Part shown: piece after piece, positions 24,641 to 40,069 of the stretch | Layout: every line of letters begins with the position of its first letter | Numbering within the stretch: position 1 is the stretch's first letter | Origin: Octopus sinensis | Taxonomy: Eukaryota | Direction of reading: 5' to 3' | Length of the DNA stretch: 64,000 bases | NCBI RefSeq assembly: GCF_006345805.1 | Contig: NC_043006.1 | Span: 61,256,001-61,320,000 of the forward strand | The notes under the pieces: generated by a model | The model's database searches: none | Seen by the model: only the letters and a program-made list of their open reading frames with translations | What the model was told of the DNA's origin: nothing | Program-made: the position numbers and the translations under genes

Positions 24641-26499
24641 CAGCTATATCATTTTAATCCCGAGCAAGACCGGGTATCTCTGCTAGTAATAGCTTTAACA
24701 AAGGAAAGTAATAATGATTACTCTACTGCCACCATTTAACTTATGATATATCAAGTATGTTAAATAAATTCCAAATTAATTTTATATATAATCTGGTATG
24801 CATCATGCATTCTGGTCCCTAGTTTTTCATCAAGTTTATACTTTGAATGTGATGAAAATTTTATGGACATTCAATTCAGGCGTTTCGTTTCAGTATTCCA
24901 GTTCTGAATGCAGATGAGCAATAACATGAAAGAGGAATGGAAGCAAAATATTACAATAAACGAATGTTACTTTATGCAAATAGTCGTGCTCTGTTGAACA
25001 AAACTTCAGACAGATGATGTAATAAAAGAAATAAATTTACTGATATACAAAATCAATATCGTCTGATAGATCAAAATACATATATAATTGTCTAGGCATT
25101 AGCATTCATTGTATGTTAACTTGTCTCAGGAAATATAAAAATATTTCAGAGTTTATAGTTGATAACTTTATCTTCCGTCATTTGATTAATAAGAAATGTA
25201 ATCTCATATAATCTGAAATCACATCATTTGCAATAAAACGTTAGTATTGGGATAACATATATAATAATATGGAATGATATTACTCAGTATTTATTATTGG
25301 TTCTGCTTGTTCTAAAATATAGTCTGCGTAATAATATAGTTTTGCACAATTTCGAATACGGTTTATTTTTTAGAAACCTTTTCATTTCCTACAAAAAATC
25401 TATGCTGGCGAATTCATTCAAATTCTATGGAACTGGTGATGTAAACAGAATAAAGAAATATGACCAAGATACTTCTTTTGCACCAATGAAATTATATTCT
25501 TCGTTAAATCTTTATGAAGATATACATCTTGCAAATATTAATGATACTTAACAATATCACTCAAATCTCATTTGTAAACAGTTTTCATAGCTTACATATA
25601 TTATACATCAAACGCATGCATACACATATCAAAGTTTTTGCAACTATTAGGCTTACTTGAAGATATCTATCCATAATTATTTAAATGCTTATCAATATGG
25701 CATCACCTCACATGGTATATGCCTAATTCAGTAAACCTACGTTTCACGAATGTTATGAAAGAAAATTTCACTTTTAAAACTTCTTAACTTTACTGATGTC
25801 CATAATATTATATTTAAAATGAAACGCTTGAGCATCTAAAATTGTTGGTAGAAAAGTGAATTGACCACATATTCCATTTTCCTATAAATCTTCAATTAAG
25901 TTACTTGTTATTTCAACGGGAAATTAAAGATGGTAAGTATCTGAACCTGGATTTAAAGAGGCACCACTATGCTGTACCCGAAGATACCAAGCAAATCAAC
26001 AAATAGCTATTTAAATATATATACGTGTGTGTATGTTATATTTGTATGTTTTTTGGATGTATATCAACATGCATATGTATACATATACATGTATACATGC
26101 ATGCATACATACATACACACACAGAGACACACACACGCGCATATATATATATATATAATGCTATAATATAATATAATACAATGTTTATCTTGTGCCCCAC
26201 AGGGAGCATTTTCGTTATTAACTTATACTTTCGAAACGTGCTTCATGTTGTTTCTTAAATACACAAGAGTTGTCGTCCTGCTCTTCAGTGACACTTAAAA
26301 ATAAACTAACATTAGAATTATGGTCTAATACACAAAACGCTATAAGTTTTTTTTCCAATATTTAAAATAGGGATAAATATAAATTCTTACAGATAGATAT
26401 TATAACTTACTTTTCCTCTTTAAAACCTACAGTACCAAATAGCGGTCTCTTATTTGCTAGAAAATATACTAATATTATTATGAAGGAAATAAATGTCAT

Positions 26500-26760
26500 T
26501 CTCACTGCCCGTAGATCTATTATAGAATTTGATAATAAATTATGGGACAGAAAGGAAACTTTGATATAGCTATGTTTTCGCCTAACACGGCTTAACTCAC
26601 TGATCGAGTAGGAATTTATCTTCTATCTACTCTACATGATGAATTCCTTCAAATTGGTTGGATTGTATAGAGACGATGGGTTATTCATTGTAAAAAAAAA
26701 CAACACTTTTCTAATAGACGCATGGAATTAATTAAAAAGCATAATTGAATTCTTCTACAT
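26500..26760 (+). mobile_element. Penelope-like RT fragment (GLYRDD type)
   Basis: Translates to FDIAM.S...RVGIYLLSTL... followed by GLYRDDGLFIV (ggattgtatagagacgatggg) after a frameshift. Confidence 0.65.
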
Positions 26761-27399
26761 TACTCCCTTTACGTACATCTCCACGACCGAAAATTATTTA
26801 AATATATTGAACAAAATATATAAACCGAAATTACTTCTCTCTTTTACTAACTTCTTTCTTTATGTATTTATATTAATAACAAACTATATTTCAATAGTAA
26901 ATATGACATTTTATTCCATAAACATTAACTTAACTGTATTATTTTCCATTGACGATCTTCCACTTAATATTATATTGTTTTCCTCCTACATTATTCTTCA
27001 CTTTCCCTCACTTTTGTAATTTATTTTATTCTCTCCAAACTTAATTCTTATTTCCGGTATCGACGTCAAACTCTTTAAAAGCAATTATTAGTAAATTCTG
27101 ACAGATTGACCCATTTTATGCTGTTATTTGAAAACTTTCATGTAGTCCTAAATTCTAATTTCATTTTCACCTAAATTCTTTTCCTTTTCCTCACTCTGTC
27201 GTCACTTCCCTCCATACTAGATTGTTCTATTTCCGTTACCGAGACATACTTCGTAGTTAAAAATTTTGACCAATGGATTTTTGTTAATATTTTCCTTTTT
27301 CATTTGTTCAATTCAATATAAATTTTAGTCTTTTATTTTTTTCTCTAGTTTCAGCTCAGAGCTGCGGCCATGCTGATGCACCGCTGTCTTGCTACACTG

Positions 27400-27566
27400 T
27401 TATTACAAAGAATCTCCTCTAATATGTGGCACTTGGTGAAGGATGGAGTTTGATATACCTACCCTCATTTGCACCTCTTGCCGTGAGGTAGGTTCATCTG
27501 GGACTCTCGACAGGAAGAGGTCCAGCTTTGATTTTAAAACCCCTACACCTACTTTGTGCAAGTTAA
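27400..27566 (-). mobile_element. 3' end of a CR1/L2-group-like LINE
   Basis: Minus-strand VLKSKLDLFLSRVPDEP...SNSILHQ then stop, resembling the C-terminus of invertebrate CR1-group ORF2 proteins (recalled, not searched). Confidence 0.55.
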
Positions 27567-27578
27567 AACGAGATAAAC

Positions 27579-27652
27579 CGTTCCTGGGTGGGCTTGAACC
27601 ACCAACATTTCGGTTAACAGTCGAACGCGTTAACCGATTGCGCCACAGAGAC
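27579..27652 (-). tRNA. trnN: tRNA-Asn(GTT) gene or young pseudogene
   Basis: gtctctgtggcgcaatcggttaacgcgttcgactgttaaccgaaatgttggtggttcaagcccacccaggaacg, 74 nt. Cloverleaf with GTT anticodon and A and B boxes; one mispair each in the acceptor, D and anticodon stems; TTTT about 12 nt downstream. Confidence 0.85.
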
Positions 27653-27685
27653 AATTAATTACCTATATTACAAATATATGCATAT

Positions 27686-27902
27686 GTTCTTTTCTACTCT
27701 AGGCACAAGGCTCGAAATTTTGGGGGAGGGGGCAAGTCGATTAGATTGACCCCAGGGCACAACTGGTACTTAATTTATTAACCCCGAAAGATGAAAGACA
27801 AAGTCGACCTCGGGGTAATTTGAACTCAGAAGTTCGAGACAGACGAAATCCCGCCATGCGTCTCGCCCGGCGTCCTGATGTTTCTGTCAGCTCAACGCCT
27901 TA
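27686..27902 (-). mobile_element. tRNA-derived SINE (family of 3913/50566)
   Basis: Reverse complement of the head plus the gtcgactttg core and the ...cttgtgcctagagtagaaaagaa tail variant. Confidence 0.8.
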
Positions 27903-29821
27903 ATATGTACGTGTATTCAGTATATCTTTACTTATTAATTAATTAATTAAATCATTTATTTATTTACTTACTCGTTAGCGTGTTAGTTTATTATTTGGTT
28001 CTATCTCCATTAAACAATATTGAACATAGTATACGTCTAAGCTTTGACTATATACGAAATACAATGCTTAATTTTTATCATTGCATTCATATGCCCCTAA
28101 GTCCTTATATATTTGAGGTTACTATATACTTTATATGCGAAATTCACACAAATATTGTAGTATGGCTTTTGCCCACAATTATTTATATTTACTATACCTA
28201 TGCGTGTAAACTTATGTTTATATTTGCATAATTACAAATTTTCATTTGCCTACTCACTAACCTATGTTATTTAATTATATGCTTGCTACACTTTTGTTTT
28301 ATCTATATACATATAAATTAGGTATTGCATTTATATATTTTCCCTACACTACCTTTTTTATTCACATATATACTTGAATTACTTAAAAAATTACAAATTA
28401 TTTCTATATATATTCACCCTAATTTTCTTTTCCTAATTATTTATTGGCTCAAGATATTATTAATTAACATACTGCTTATTTTATAATATTAGTAACTACT
28501 CATAATATATTACTGCCTATATTTTTACAACCACATTTACAGTTACTTATATTTGATACTTTATTATAGTTTAGAGATACATAACTTATTCTTTATTTTT
28601 ACTTTCATTTTCATAATAATTTCGATACATCTACTACCTTCCCCTTTTGTAAGGGTTATATCATATTCTTTCTAAAAAACATTTATCACTTAGTGGATTT
28701 ACTCTCTACACTCAATACTCAATAATATGAAAATGTAAGGGTACATCGTTTTTCACCTTCGATCAGATTCAGGTTTAAAATGTTTTTACTTATACTAATT
28801 AATTTCTAAAGTCTTGAATCGAGACAGCCCTCAGAGATCATGTCCAATTTTGTAATTAGTAAATAATTATTAATTTAATTATTATTTTCTTAAAAAGATA
28901 TATAAACCCCAGTTTATCCAGTTACCTTACAGTCGTATATTATATGTGATATTCAATATTTTTGGGAGTAGGTGATAAACCACTATATTCATAAGATTTT
29001 ATTATCCCTTACGTCTCAGTGTATATCTGTGTATGCATACGTAAAAGTATGCACATTTATGAGGATGTATACGGATACATTAATAAAAGATAAGTTATAT
29101 CTTTACAGTACCCCTTTGAGTTATTCTTCCATGAAGAGTCATGAAATAATGCTTGAGAATCATGTGCAAGACATCAGATTTCTAAATCATCGACATACAT
29201 GAATTTGATTGGCAATAACGCTCTACAGAACACAAAAGGTAAAAGGCAATTAAGTATCTTAGAACTCGTAGTAAAAAGAATTTAAAATATCTAAATTATT
29301 ATGGAACTGTGTATCGTCTGTTCCTTCTTTTTTTATCGCGTTCGAAAATGTGCTTAATTACATTTGTCTTTAGTTGCATACTTCCTACGTACAAAAATTT
29401 CCGCGGGCTTGTTTGAATTTAGATATTTAATTCTTAATGAAGAATTCAAAGAACTGTGTTACTATGTAACACTAGTTTGGTACAATTATTAATCACATTT
29501 TAGTATAGATTAATTCATCTTAATATCCATTACCTTATGGTGAAATATAAGCTACCTGAGCAGATAAGCATTTCGAAGTGTATCTAGAACGTCTTTAACG
29601 ATCATCCATTTCTACTATGTCTGTTTAATTAATCAAATATATCGGTAACACATTTCCCTTCACACAAAACTTCGGTCAGTCATATATATTCATTTAACGA
29701 GACGTCATCTTACCAATCTTAATAATTCTGCATTTCAAATCCTGCATAATACATACAAATGTGTAAATTTAAAAAAAGAAACTTGACGACGTTGATATGT
29801 ATAATATTGTTATCATTGTTG

Positions 29822-29975
<154 letters not shown>

Positions 29976-30629
29976 GTTTTATCCTTCTTTCTTCAGATTT
30001 TCTTCCGTTTCTCGCCGAGTGTTTTCCATAAACCTAGGGCAGAGAAGGGCATTGTATGCATTCCCAGATTACACGCGCAAATTCACAGATAAAATATGTA
30101 TTTAAAAATTAATAAATAAATAAATTCATGGATGGATGTTATTTTCACAGCGATAGTGCTCTTCTCAGTACATGAGCCGTTCCAGTTAATGCGATTTTTT
30201 GCACTTCCTGTAGGGATGGTAAGCCTGGAATCATTTTTAAATAGGTTTCAGTACCCTTTTTTATCATTCCTAGATATCTTACAATCACTGGTACTGTAGT
30301 CGCCTTGAGATGCCACATTTTTTCAATTTCCATTAGCAGGTCTTTATATTTACTAATCTTGTCAAATTCTTTCACCGCTATATTGTGATCACAGGGAATA
30401 CTCATGTCAATTAATAAACACATCATTTTTGTCTGATCTTTTATAATAATATCCGGTTTATTGGCTTTTATAGTCCTGTCGGTCTGCACGGGGAAGTCGC
30501 ATAGAATCGACACATTTTCTCTCTCAGTCACAGCTTCAGGATGATGTTTAAACCATTTGCCAGCGGTTTTGATTTTATAATGCCGACATATTATCCAGTG
30601 TAAATACTGACCGACTCTGTCATGTCTTG
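29976..30629 (-). mobile_element. 5'-truncated R4/Dong-type non-LTR retrotransposon (REL endonuclease domain + 3' UTR)
   Basis: ORF 30145..30660: RHDRV...NKPDII...LLIDMSIP...KISKYKDL (RHD and PD..D motifs of restriction-like endonucleases). (TAA)n lies on both sides on its own strand. Confidence 0.85.
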
Positions 30630-30664
30630 TTATTATTATTGTAACTATTATTATTATCATTATT

Positions 30665-33600
30665 CGGTAGTTTTATTTTTATAGCGTGCTTTCACTTCAC
30701 TACCGAGCACAGCTCTGTGTGCCTTGGGTATGTGCTTTGATTTGTTGTGATGCTCTGATGGTTATTGTATGGAAAGTGTTCTGCGTAGGATGTGTGCAGT
30801 GCCTAGTAGTGCGATTTTCTGTATGTTATATGTGTTTGTAAGTCCTGGTGTTTTTGTTATGTATTTGTCTGAATATTTTTTTATCATGCCTAATGCACCT
30901 ACTATGATAGGAATTGTTTCTGTTTTCAGATTCCACATTCTAGTTACCTCTATTTCCAGGTCTTTGTATTTTGAGAGTTTCTCCATTTCTTTTAGAGACA
31001 CGTTGTCATCAGCCGGTATTGATACATCAATTAGAAAGCATTTTTTTTCTTCATGATCTCTGACAACTATATCTGGTCTGTTGGCCTTAATTTCTCTATC
31101 TGTGTGTATCGGCATATCCCAGAGTATGGTTGCTTTCTCGTTTTCTGTGACATTTTCTGGTGTGTGCCTATACCATCTTTTTTCTGTTGTTATTCCATAA
31201 TGTTGGCATAGCTTCCAATGTATGTAGGTTCCAACTCTGTCATGTCTGTGAATATATTCCTTCTTAGCCAAGACTGGGCAGCTAGAGATAATATGATTTA
31301 TTGTTTCTTGTCCATCTCCACATATTCTGCAGTTACTTGTAATATTTCTTTTCATTACATGTTTTTGGTAATTTCTGGTGGGGAGGCTTTGGTCTTGTGC
31401 TGCAATTAAAAATCCCTATGTTTCTGCTTTGAGTCCTGAGCTTCTCAACCATTGCTGGGATTTTTCTTTGTCTATTTCTTTTGCGTTTAGTTTAGTCCAG
31501 TATTTACCATGAAGGGGCTTTTCTTGCCATCGTTTTATCATGGTTCGTTGCTGTTCTATTTTTAGTTTGGATTTCATTTGTTTTATAGCTTTTGTTCTTT
31601 CTTCATCTTCTTCTTCTTCTTCATGTTTATTAGGTGGTATGATTTCTTGTTTGTATTTGTCAGCTTCCTTAAATACTGAGAACAGTTTTTTGTTTTGCTC
31701 GTGTTTTGCCGCTATCTGGATCAATTTTCCTTCCTTCTGAAGTAGATATTTTTGCAGTCCTATGGTGGTTATTTTATAGTAGTTTTCCAGCTGTATAAGG
31801 CCTCTACCACCTTCTATACGTTGTATATATAGTCTTTCTATGTCAGATTTTGGGTGATGCATCCTAGATCCTGTCATTATTTTTCTTGTTTTCCTATCTA
31901 TTTTGGTCAGTTCATTTCGTGTCCAGTTAAGGATATTGTAGCTGTAACTTATAACTGGGACAGCTAAAGTGTTGATACCTATTATCTTGTTTTTAGCATT
32001 GAACTCTGTTTTTAGTATTGATCTAACTCGTCTATAATATTCTTTTTTTCTTTTCTCTTTCATTTGTGTGTGTTGTGTCTTATCTAGTTCATGGATTCCT
32101 AAGTATTTGTAAGTTTGGCTTTGGTCTAATTCTTTTATTTCATTGGTTTTATCTAGTGTGATGTTGTTACTCTTAACTAGTTTTCCTCTTTTCAGGGTCT
32201 TTGGCGCATTTTTCTAATCCAAATTTCATATCTATTTCTTTGGTAAATCCATGAACTGTCTTTAATAGTGTTTCCAGCTGTTTGTAATTTGCAGCGTATA
32301 GTTTTAGATCATCCATATATAAAAGGTGGCTGATCGTTTTGCCGTAACATTTATATCCGCATCCAGTTCTATTTAGCATATCAGATAGAGGTGACAGTGC
32401 CAAGCAGAAAAGGAGTGGAGAGAGCGTGTCTCCCTGGAATATTCCTCTTCTAATGGGGATGTCTTTGGTTTTCATGAGTCCCTCTTTTATTTGGAGGTGT
32501 AGGACTGTTTGCCATTTATTCATAGAGTGCTCTATGAATTTTATGATTGTTGGTGCTACTTTGTTAATGGCTAGTGTTTCGAGGATCCATGTGTGGGGGA
32601 TGCTATCAAACGCCTTTTTGTAGTCAATCCAGGCCATACTGAGGCCATTCTTCTTTCTGTGACTGTCTTCAGTTATGGCTTTATTAATCATTAGTTGATC
32701 TTTACAGCCATATGAGCCTTTGCGGCATCCTTTCTGCTCTTCTGGGAACAGTTTGTTTTCGTCCAGGTGCTTGTTCAGCCTTTGTGATATCACTGCAGTA
32801 AATGCCTTGAACATAGTAGGGAGGCAGGTTATTGGTCTGTAGTTTTCTGGTTTTTCTGTTTCATTTGATTTGGGAATTAAGATGGTTTTCCCCTTCGTGA
32901 GCCATTAAGGCATTGTCTCTGGCTCGGCTAGTACTTTGTTAAAGTTTTCAGCCAGCTTTTTGTGCATTCCTGTTAGATATTTCAACCAGAAGTTGGGGAT
33001 CTTGTCATGCCCAGGTGCCTTCCAGTTGCTTAGTCTTTGCAGTGCCTGGGTGACCTCTTCAGTTGTTATGGGGGTCCAAAGTTGTTCAGATGCCGAGTTT
33101 GTTATTCTGATACTCCTTTTTTTTGGTGGTTCGTTCGCCGACCATATTTCTCCCCAGAATTCTTCCAATTCTTCTGCCGTTGGTGCTGCAGTGACTTCTA
33201 TTTTATTTTTTCCCAGTTCTTGGTAGAACTTTTTGGGGTTAGAGTTGAACTTTTTGTTTTCTTCAAAGAAGCGTTGGCGTTTCTTGTACCGGCGGATCCT
33301 TTGTGCTTTGGCAAGGATATCTTGCTTCAGCTTTTCTTTTATTTCAGGCAAATCTTTCTCTGTGATGTTATATTTGCGGAGTATTTTTGTTCTCTTTTTG
33401 TTGCTCAGTAGCGTTGATTGTTTGCTGATTTCATTAAGAATCGACAGGTCTTTTCTAATTTTTTTTATTTTGTTTTGGATGTTATTTATCCACAGGGTTT
33501 GTTTGGGTGGTGGTACTCCTGTTTGGGCGGGTTTGGGTGAGTATCCAGCTTCTTTTGTGGCTGCAGTGGCTGCTGCGTATATTAGGTTATTTAGCTCAGT

Positions 33601-34689
33601 GATATCACTTTTTTTTTGATTCAGTGGCTATCAGTTCAGTGACGGCTAGGTTTATGCTGTTTATAATAGGTGTTGTTATTTTGTTTATTTTGATTCTTGG
33701 GAGGTATGGTTGGTGGTCCATTTTGAGCTCTGTGGTTTTCAGTTCTTTGATTATTTTATTTTTTATATATCATAATCATTAGGCTCCCCTTCGTTGTTTA
33801 CATCGTGTTTGTTGGGAATGTTGCGTTTGTCTTCGTGTTTTACAGTTTCAGTGTTTATATTATTGGGCATTGTTGTGTGGCTTCTATCTACATTTTCCTG
33901 GTGTATGTTTTCTTTTAGGTGTTCTATTTCTATTTCTGATATTTTTTTTGTGTTGAGAATGTATCTTCGTACGTTAGCTAATTTATTAGGGTTCATTGCT
34001 GTATCCAAGTCTATATCTCTATTATTTTCCTTCCATATTTTATATGTATGTGTTGTTGTATTTTCATTTTTTGGGTAAAGTACTGCTGTGAAGTATGCGT
34101 GTAAGATAGAAATGTATTCCTCACGTGTCCATTTACGTCTTTTGGGTTTTATTTGCGGGACATGAGGTACAACGTCCGGCCCATTATTTTGACGGTCGTC
34201 ATTTTCGTAGGGTACCGGCCCGTTTATTTCTGTTGTCACATTATTTCGCACGTGTAGTTTTTCGTACATATTTTGTTGTAAGTTTAATGTATGTACCGCT
34301 CGATTGTTATTCTTGGGTTGAATAGTATCGGTGGCATTTAATTCCTTCGTAGTTCCTTTGTACATGGTGTTTGGGGTCGGAGATTATCGTGATGTTCCAC
34401 GCATGTTTACATGTGTTGCGTTAGAGGCGGAGATGATATCGAGTCAAAATAAATCATTTCGTTTCGAAAATAGTAATAAATTTCAATTAGTATTACTTAC
34501 TCGGATACAGTCCAATTCTTTGTTAGTAAAACTTTGGCTCCATAGGATGTCCTTGTTTTCGATGTTTGTGGATAGATTTCGGAGCTCTGAATTTTCCTTC
34601 TTACATCTTAAACGTCCCCGGTGTTCTCTCTTAAACGTCCCCGGTGTTCTCTCTTAAACGTCTCCGGTGTTCTCTCTTAAACGTCCCCG
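30665..34689 (-). mobile_element. Near full-length R4/Dong-type retrotransposon with disrupted single ORF
   Basis: Collinear ORF pieces: 33763..34365 (N-terminal, RRKWTREE), 32905..33351, 32173..32814 (RT: EEQKGC, WIDYKKAFDSIPH, GIFQGDTLSPLLF, YMDDLK), 31416..32063, and 30762..31355 (CRICG..ETINHIISSC zinc knuckle, RHD, RPDI..IDVS). Flanked by (TAA)n at 30630-30664 and 34690-34760. Confidence 0.92.
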
Positions 34690-34692
34690 TAA

Positions 34693-34760
<68 letters not shown>
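34690..34760. repeat. (ATT)n microsatellite between divergent Dong copies
   Basis: Pure ATT run. Confidence 0.95.
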
Positions 34761-34762
<2 letters not shown>

Positions 34763-36470
34763 GAACATTTAAAAGGAAAAAATCATCAGGAAAATTTAGA
34801 TAGTAGCCACACAGCAATGCCAAATAATATACTGAAATATTAAAACACGAAGACAGACGCAACAGTTCCAACAAAACGAAGTAAACAAAATACAACAGAC
34901 CCAGACCCTGAGGATGTTTTATAATATGCAAAACGCACCAACCTAGAACACTGCAGACTAACATATGAATGAGAAGGAAGGCGAAACAAATCTAAAACCT
35001 GGAAAAGGGAACCCAATGATTATGATACTATAAAAATGAGAATAATCAAAGAACTGAAAAACACAGATCTCGGAATGGACCACCGATTATACCTCCGAAA
35101 AATCAAAACAGGCAATAAACAGAAACAAATGTCAATATCACTGAGTTAAATGGCATAATATATGCAGTAGCCACTGCAGCCAAAAAAGAAGTTAGATACT
35201 CCCTCAAACCCATCCAAACAGGAGTACCACCACCCAAGCAAACCCTGTGGATAAATAATATAAAAAAAAGAGAAAAGGAGAACAGATATGTGACTTCTTA
35301 ACGAAATTAATAGACAATCAACACTACTGTAACAAGAAGAAAGCAAAAATACTGTGCAAATACATTACAGAAAAAGACTTACCTGAGGTAAAAGAATAGC
35401 TAATGCAAGATATCCTTGCAAAAGCGCAAAGGATCTGCCGTTATGAGAAACGCCAAAGTTTCTGTGAACAAAACAAACAATTCAACTCCAACCCCACAAA
35501 AGTCTACCAAGGACTTGGCAAAAATAGAATAGACATCAATGCAGCACCAACAGCAGAAGTGGAAGAATTTTGGAAAGAAATATGGTCGGTGATGGAACAA
35601 ACTCCGAAAAGGACTATTGAAACAACAAACTTAGAACCTGAACAACTCTGGACTCCTATAACAACTGAAGAGGTCTCCAAAGCACTGCAAAGATTAAGCA
35701 AGTGAAAGGCACCTGGGCATGACAAGATCCCCAACTTCTGGTTAAAATATTTGACAGGATTACACAAAAAGCTGGCTGAAAACTTTAACGACATACTTGC
35801 AAAGTCACAGACAAAGGCTGAATGGTTCACGAAAGGGAAAACTATCCTAATTCCCAAATCCACTGAAACAGCAAACCCACAAAACTACAGACCTATAACC
35901 TGTCTCCTTACAATATACAAAACCTTTACTACAATAATATCTCAGGGATTGAGCAAGCATCTAAAAGAAAACAATCTGTTTCCAGAAGAGCAAAAGGGAT
36001 GCTGCAAGGGCTCATACGGCTGTAAAGATCAACTAATAATCAATAAAGCCATAACTGGAGACAACCGCAGAAATAACTAAGGCCTCAGTATGGCCTCGAT
36101 CGACTACCGAAAAGTTTTTGATAGTAATCCCCACACGTGGATTCTCGAAACTCTAGCCATGAACAAGGTAACACTAATAATTATAAAATACATGAGACAC
36201 TCTATGAATAAATAGCAGACAGTGCTACAGCTCCAAACAAATGAGAAACTCATGAAAACCAATAGAAGAGGAATATTCCAGGGAGACACGTTCTCTCTCC
36301 ACTCATTTTCTGCTCCGCATTGTCTCATTTATGTGACATACTAAACAGAACTGGATGCAGATACAACTGTTACGACAAAACAATCAGCCACTTCTGATAT
36401 GTGGATAACCTAAAACTATATGCTACAAATGATAAAGAGCTGGACAAACTACCAAAGAAATGCCACTAAG
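34761..36470 (+). mobile_element. Decayed, 3'-truncated R4/Dong paralog in opposite orientation
   Basis: ORFs 35403..35705 (QDILAKAQRICRYEKRQ) and 35751..36080 (NYRPITCL, EEQKGCCKGSYGCKDQL) match 32905..33351 and 32173..32814. It ends just after YVDNLK (cf. YMDDLK) with no endonuclease domain. Confidence 0.88.
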
Positions 36471-36559
36471 TCTTCTCCACACCAAGAACATCTGGAGCAC
36501 ATTTGTTTACTATAAATGTACATATCAGTAGGTGTAAGAATTGTAATGCTGTAAGCGAT

Positions 36560-36800
36560 CAGGTAATATGTTACAATTGTTGGCATCAGGATAACATGAT
36601 ATAAGCTGGGCTATTTTAAATGACATTTTATCTATGACTACCTCATTTTCTTCAAATCGTGTAGAGACCTATATCGTCCAAATCGTTCTTTATTTCAAGA
36701 GATCCAGGTCTGTTTTGAAGATGTGGTGGGTGTCCATTTTAGTCCGTTGGTTAACTATCCATATGCGTATAATTCTTTATCATATGCACAAATATGTCAT
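36560..36800 (-). mobile_element. Possible Penelope-like pre-RT fragment
   Basis: Minus-strand LTNGLKWTPT resembles LLKGLKFTPT of ORF 59064..59507. Confidence 0.35.
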
Positions 36801-37174
36801 CAGCACAGGATCGGAATATATATTGACATGAGTGGGCAATTGAGAAATGGCAAAGAAATGATGACATGCGTAGTTACAATAGCCAGTATATTACAGGAAT
36901 TTCAGATTGATGAAGCGGCATCTGGAAATGCACGTTGGTGAAATATGTATTTGCAATAACTGCAAACATAAATGAAAATAAAATGAGAAAAAACCTACAA
37001 AAAATAGGAATAGAATAATTTTTATTCCAAATGAATACTGAAGATAATTAAGAGGCAACACACACACACGCACACACACAAACACATTCACACACACACA
37101 CACTCACAATAGGACTAATATGAAAAGAGATTAAGTAAGAATTTGTAGAAGTCTTCTGCTAAGCATATATACTA

Positions 37175-37582
37175 CTAGCAGCATAGCCCGGCGTTGCCCG
37201 GGTATGTAAGAGCCCCTAGTAGGCAACGACTAATCCCAATCTAGTTCTTTCCCTCTAGGGAACGAAGGCGCATGTGTAGGTTGCAATGTCTTCTCTTCAC
37301 TCGAATACTTCTATGTATACGATGTTCCTAGCTGTCTCCCAACAGAAAATGTGTTGCATATAAAAAGCTTAGATTCTCGACCCCATGTCGAATTTATCGA
37401 TTTTTTTCAGAACTGGGGGAACTTTTCAAAATTTTCGCTGCGTTAGTTTTGAATTATGACATTGGGCTATGTGTTTGTCAAGTTTCATCAGAATCGGTTG
37501 AAAGCCGTGGTCAAGGTGAGGGTACAACCTGACAGCCACACAGACACACAGACAGACAAACTGCCGTTTATATATATAGAGA
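37175..37582 (-). mobile_element. Non-autonomous Helitron, same family as 1287-1768
   Basis: On the minus strand: A|TCTCTATATATATAAA start, hairpin cccgggcaacgccggg, CTAG|T end. Confidence 0.85.
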
Positions 37583-37650
37583 TGAACAAGATGGATTTAG
37601 CGTTAAGAAAAGAGAATTATTCTGTTCTGTCTGGGGAATGTCATTGTCTG

Positions 37651-37770
37651 TTAGTGCCTAATAATTTAACACACTCACCGCTAAAATTTGAACTCATTTA
37701 TTTATAGAAAAATACATAAGTAAATGAGTGAAACTTTTACCGGTGAGTGTGTTAAATTATAAGGCACTAA
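37651..37770. repeat. 120-bp foldback palindrome (hairpin MITE-like)
   Basis: ttagtgcctaataatttaacacactcaccg... pairs with ...cggtgagtgtgttaaattataaggcactaa; arms about 55 bp, loop about 10 nt. Confidence 0.85.
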
Positions 37771-38151
37771 AATAGAATGGCTTTCCCTAAACACAACAGA
37801 ATGTGCTTCAACACACGAACCCACATAAAGAATGTTGCAAACCAAATCCGAAAACGAAATAAAGAGTATTATGTTATTACATTAAACATAACATCTATTG
37901 TTTAAGCACACCTATTTCAGGCGATCAAACAATCTTTTTTCTCACGTAAACATTTTCTTTCGATACCCAACTTTACATTATGCTCTGTATATTTGAATAT
38001 ATATTTTGGTGTAGTAAGATGAAACGCGCTTATTCAATGCACCATCTATACTTCTGTAAGAAAGTATATTATTTCTTTAAATAACTAGGAGAATAACAAC
38101 ATATAAAATACTCTCAGGAAACAGTGTCAACTGACACTGCAAAAACTAATG

Positions 38152-38235
<84 letters not shown>

Positions 38236-38379
38236 GTGTGTGTTTGTGTATGTGTGTGTGTGTGTGTAAGTATATTAATATGATATTAAAAACTTTATAA
38301 CTTCTTTCTTTTCTGATATGAAGTTACTAATGCATTATATAAGTTACTAAGTTACTAATGCATTATATTGATAAAGTCA

Positions 38380-40050
<1,671 letters not shown>

Positions 40051-40069
40051 TGGAAATGATTGATATGTA

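Noticed and set aside
25297-25551. 84-aa plus-strand ORF
   Set aside because: AT-rich, no motif or homology recognised; length is compatible with chance.
36905-36940. TTGATGA...GAAAtgcacgTT motif
   Set aside because: Core and stems are too degenerate to count as a hammerhead.
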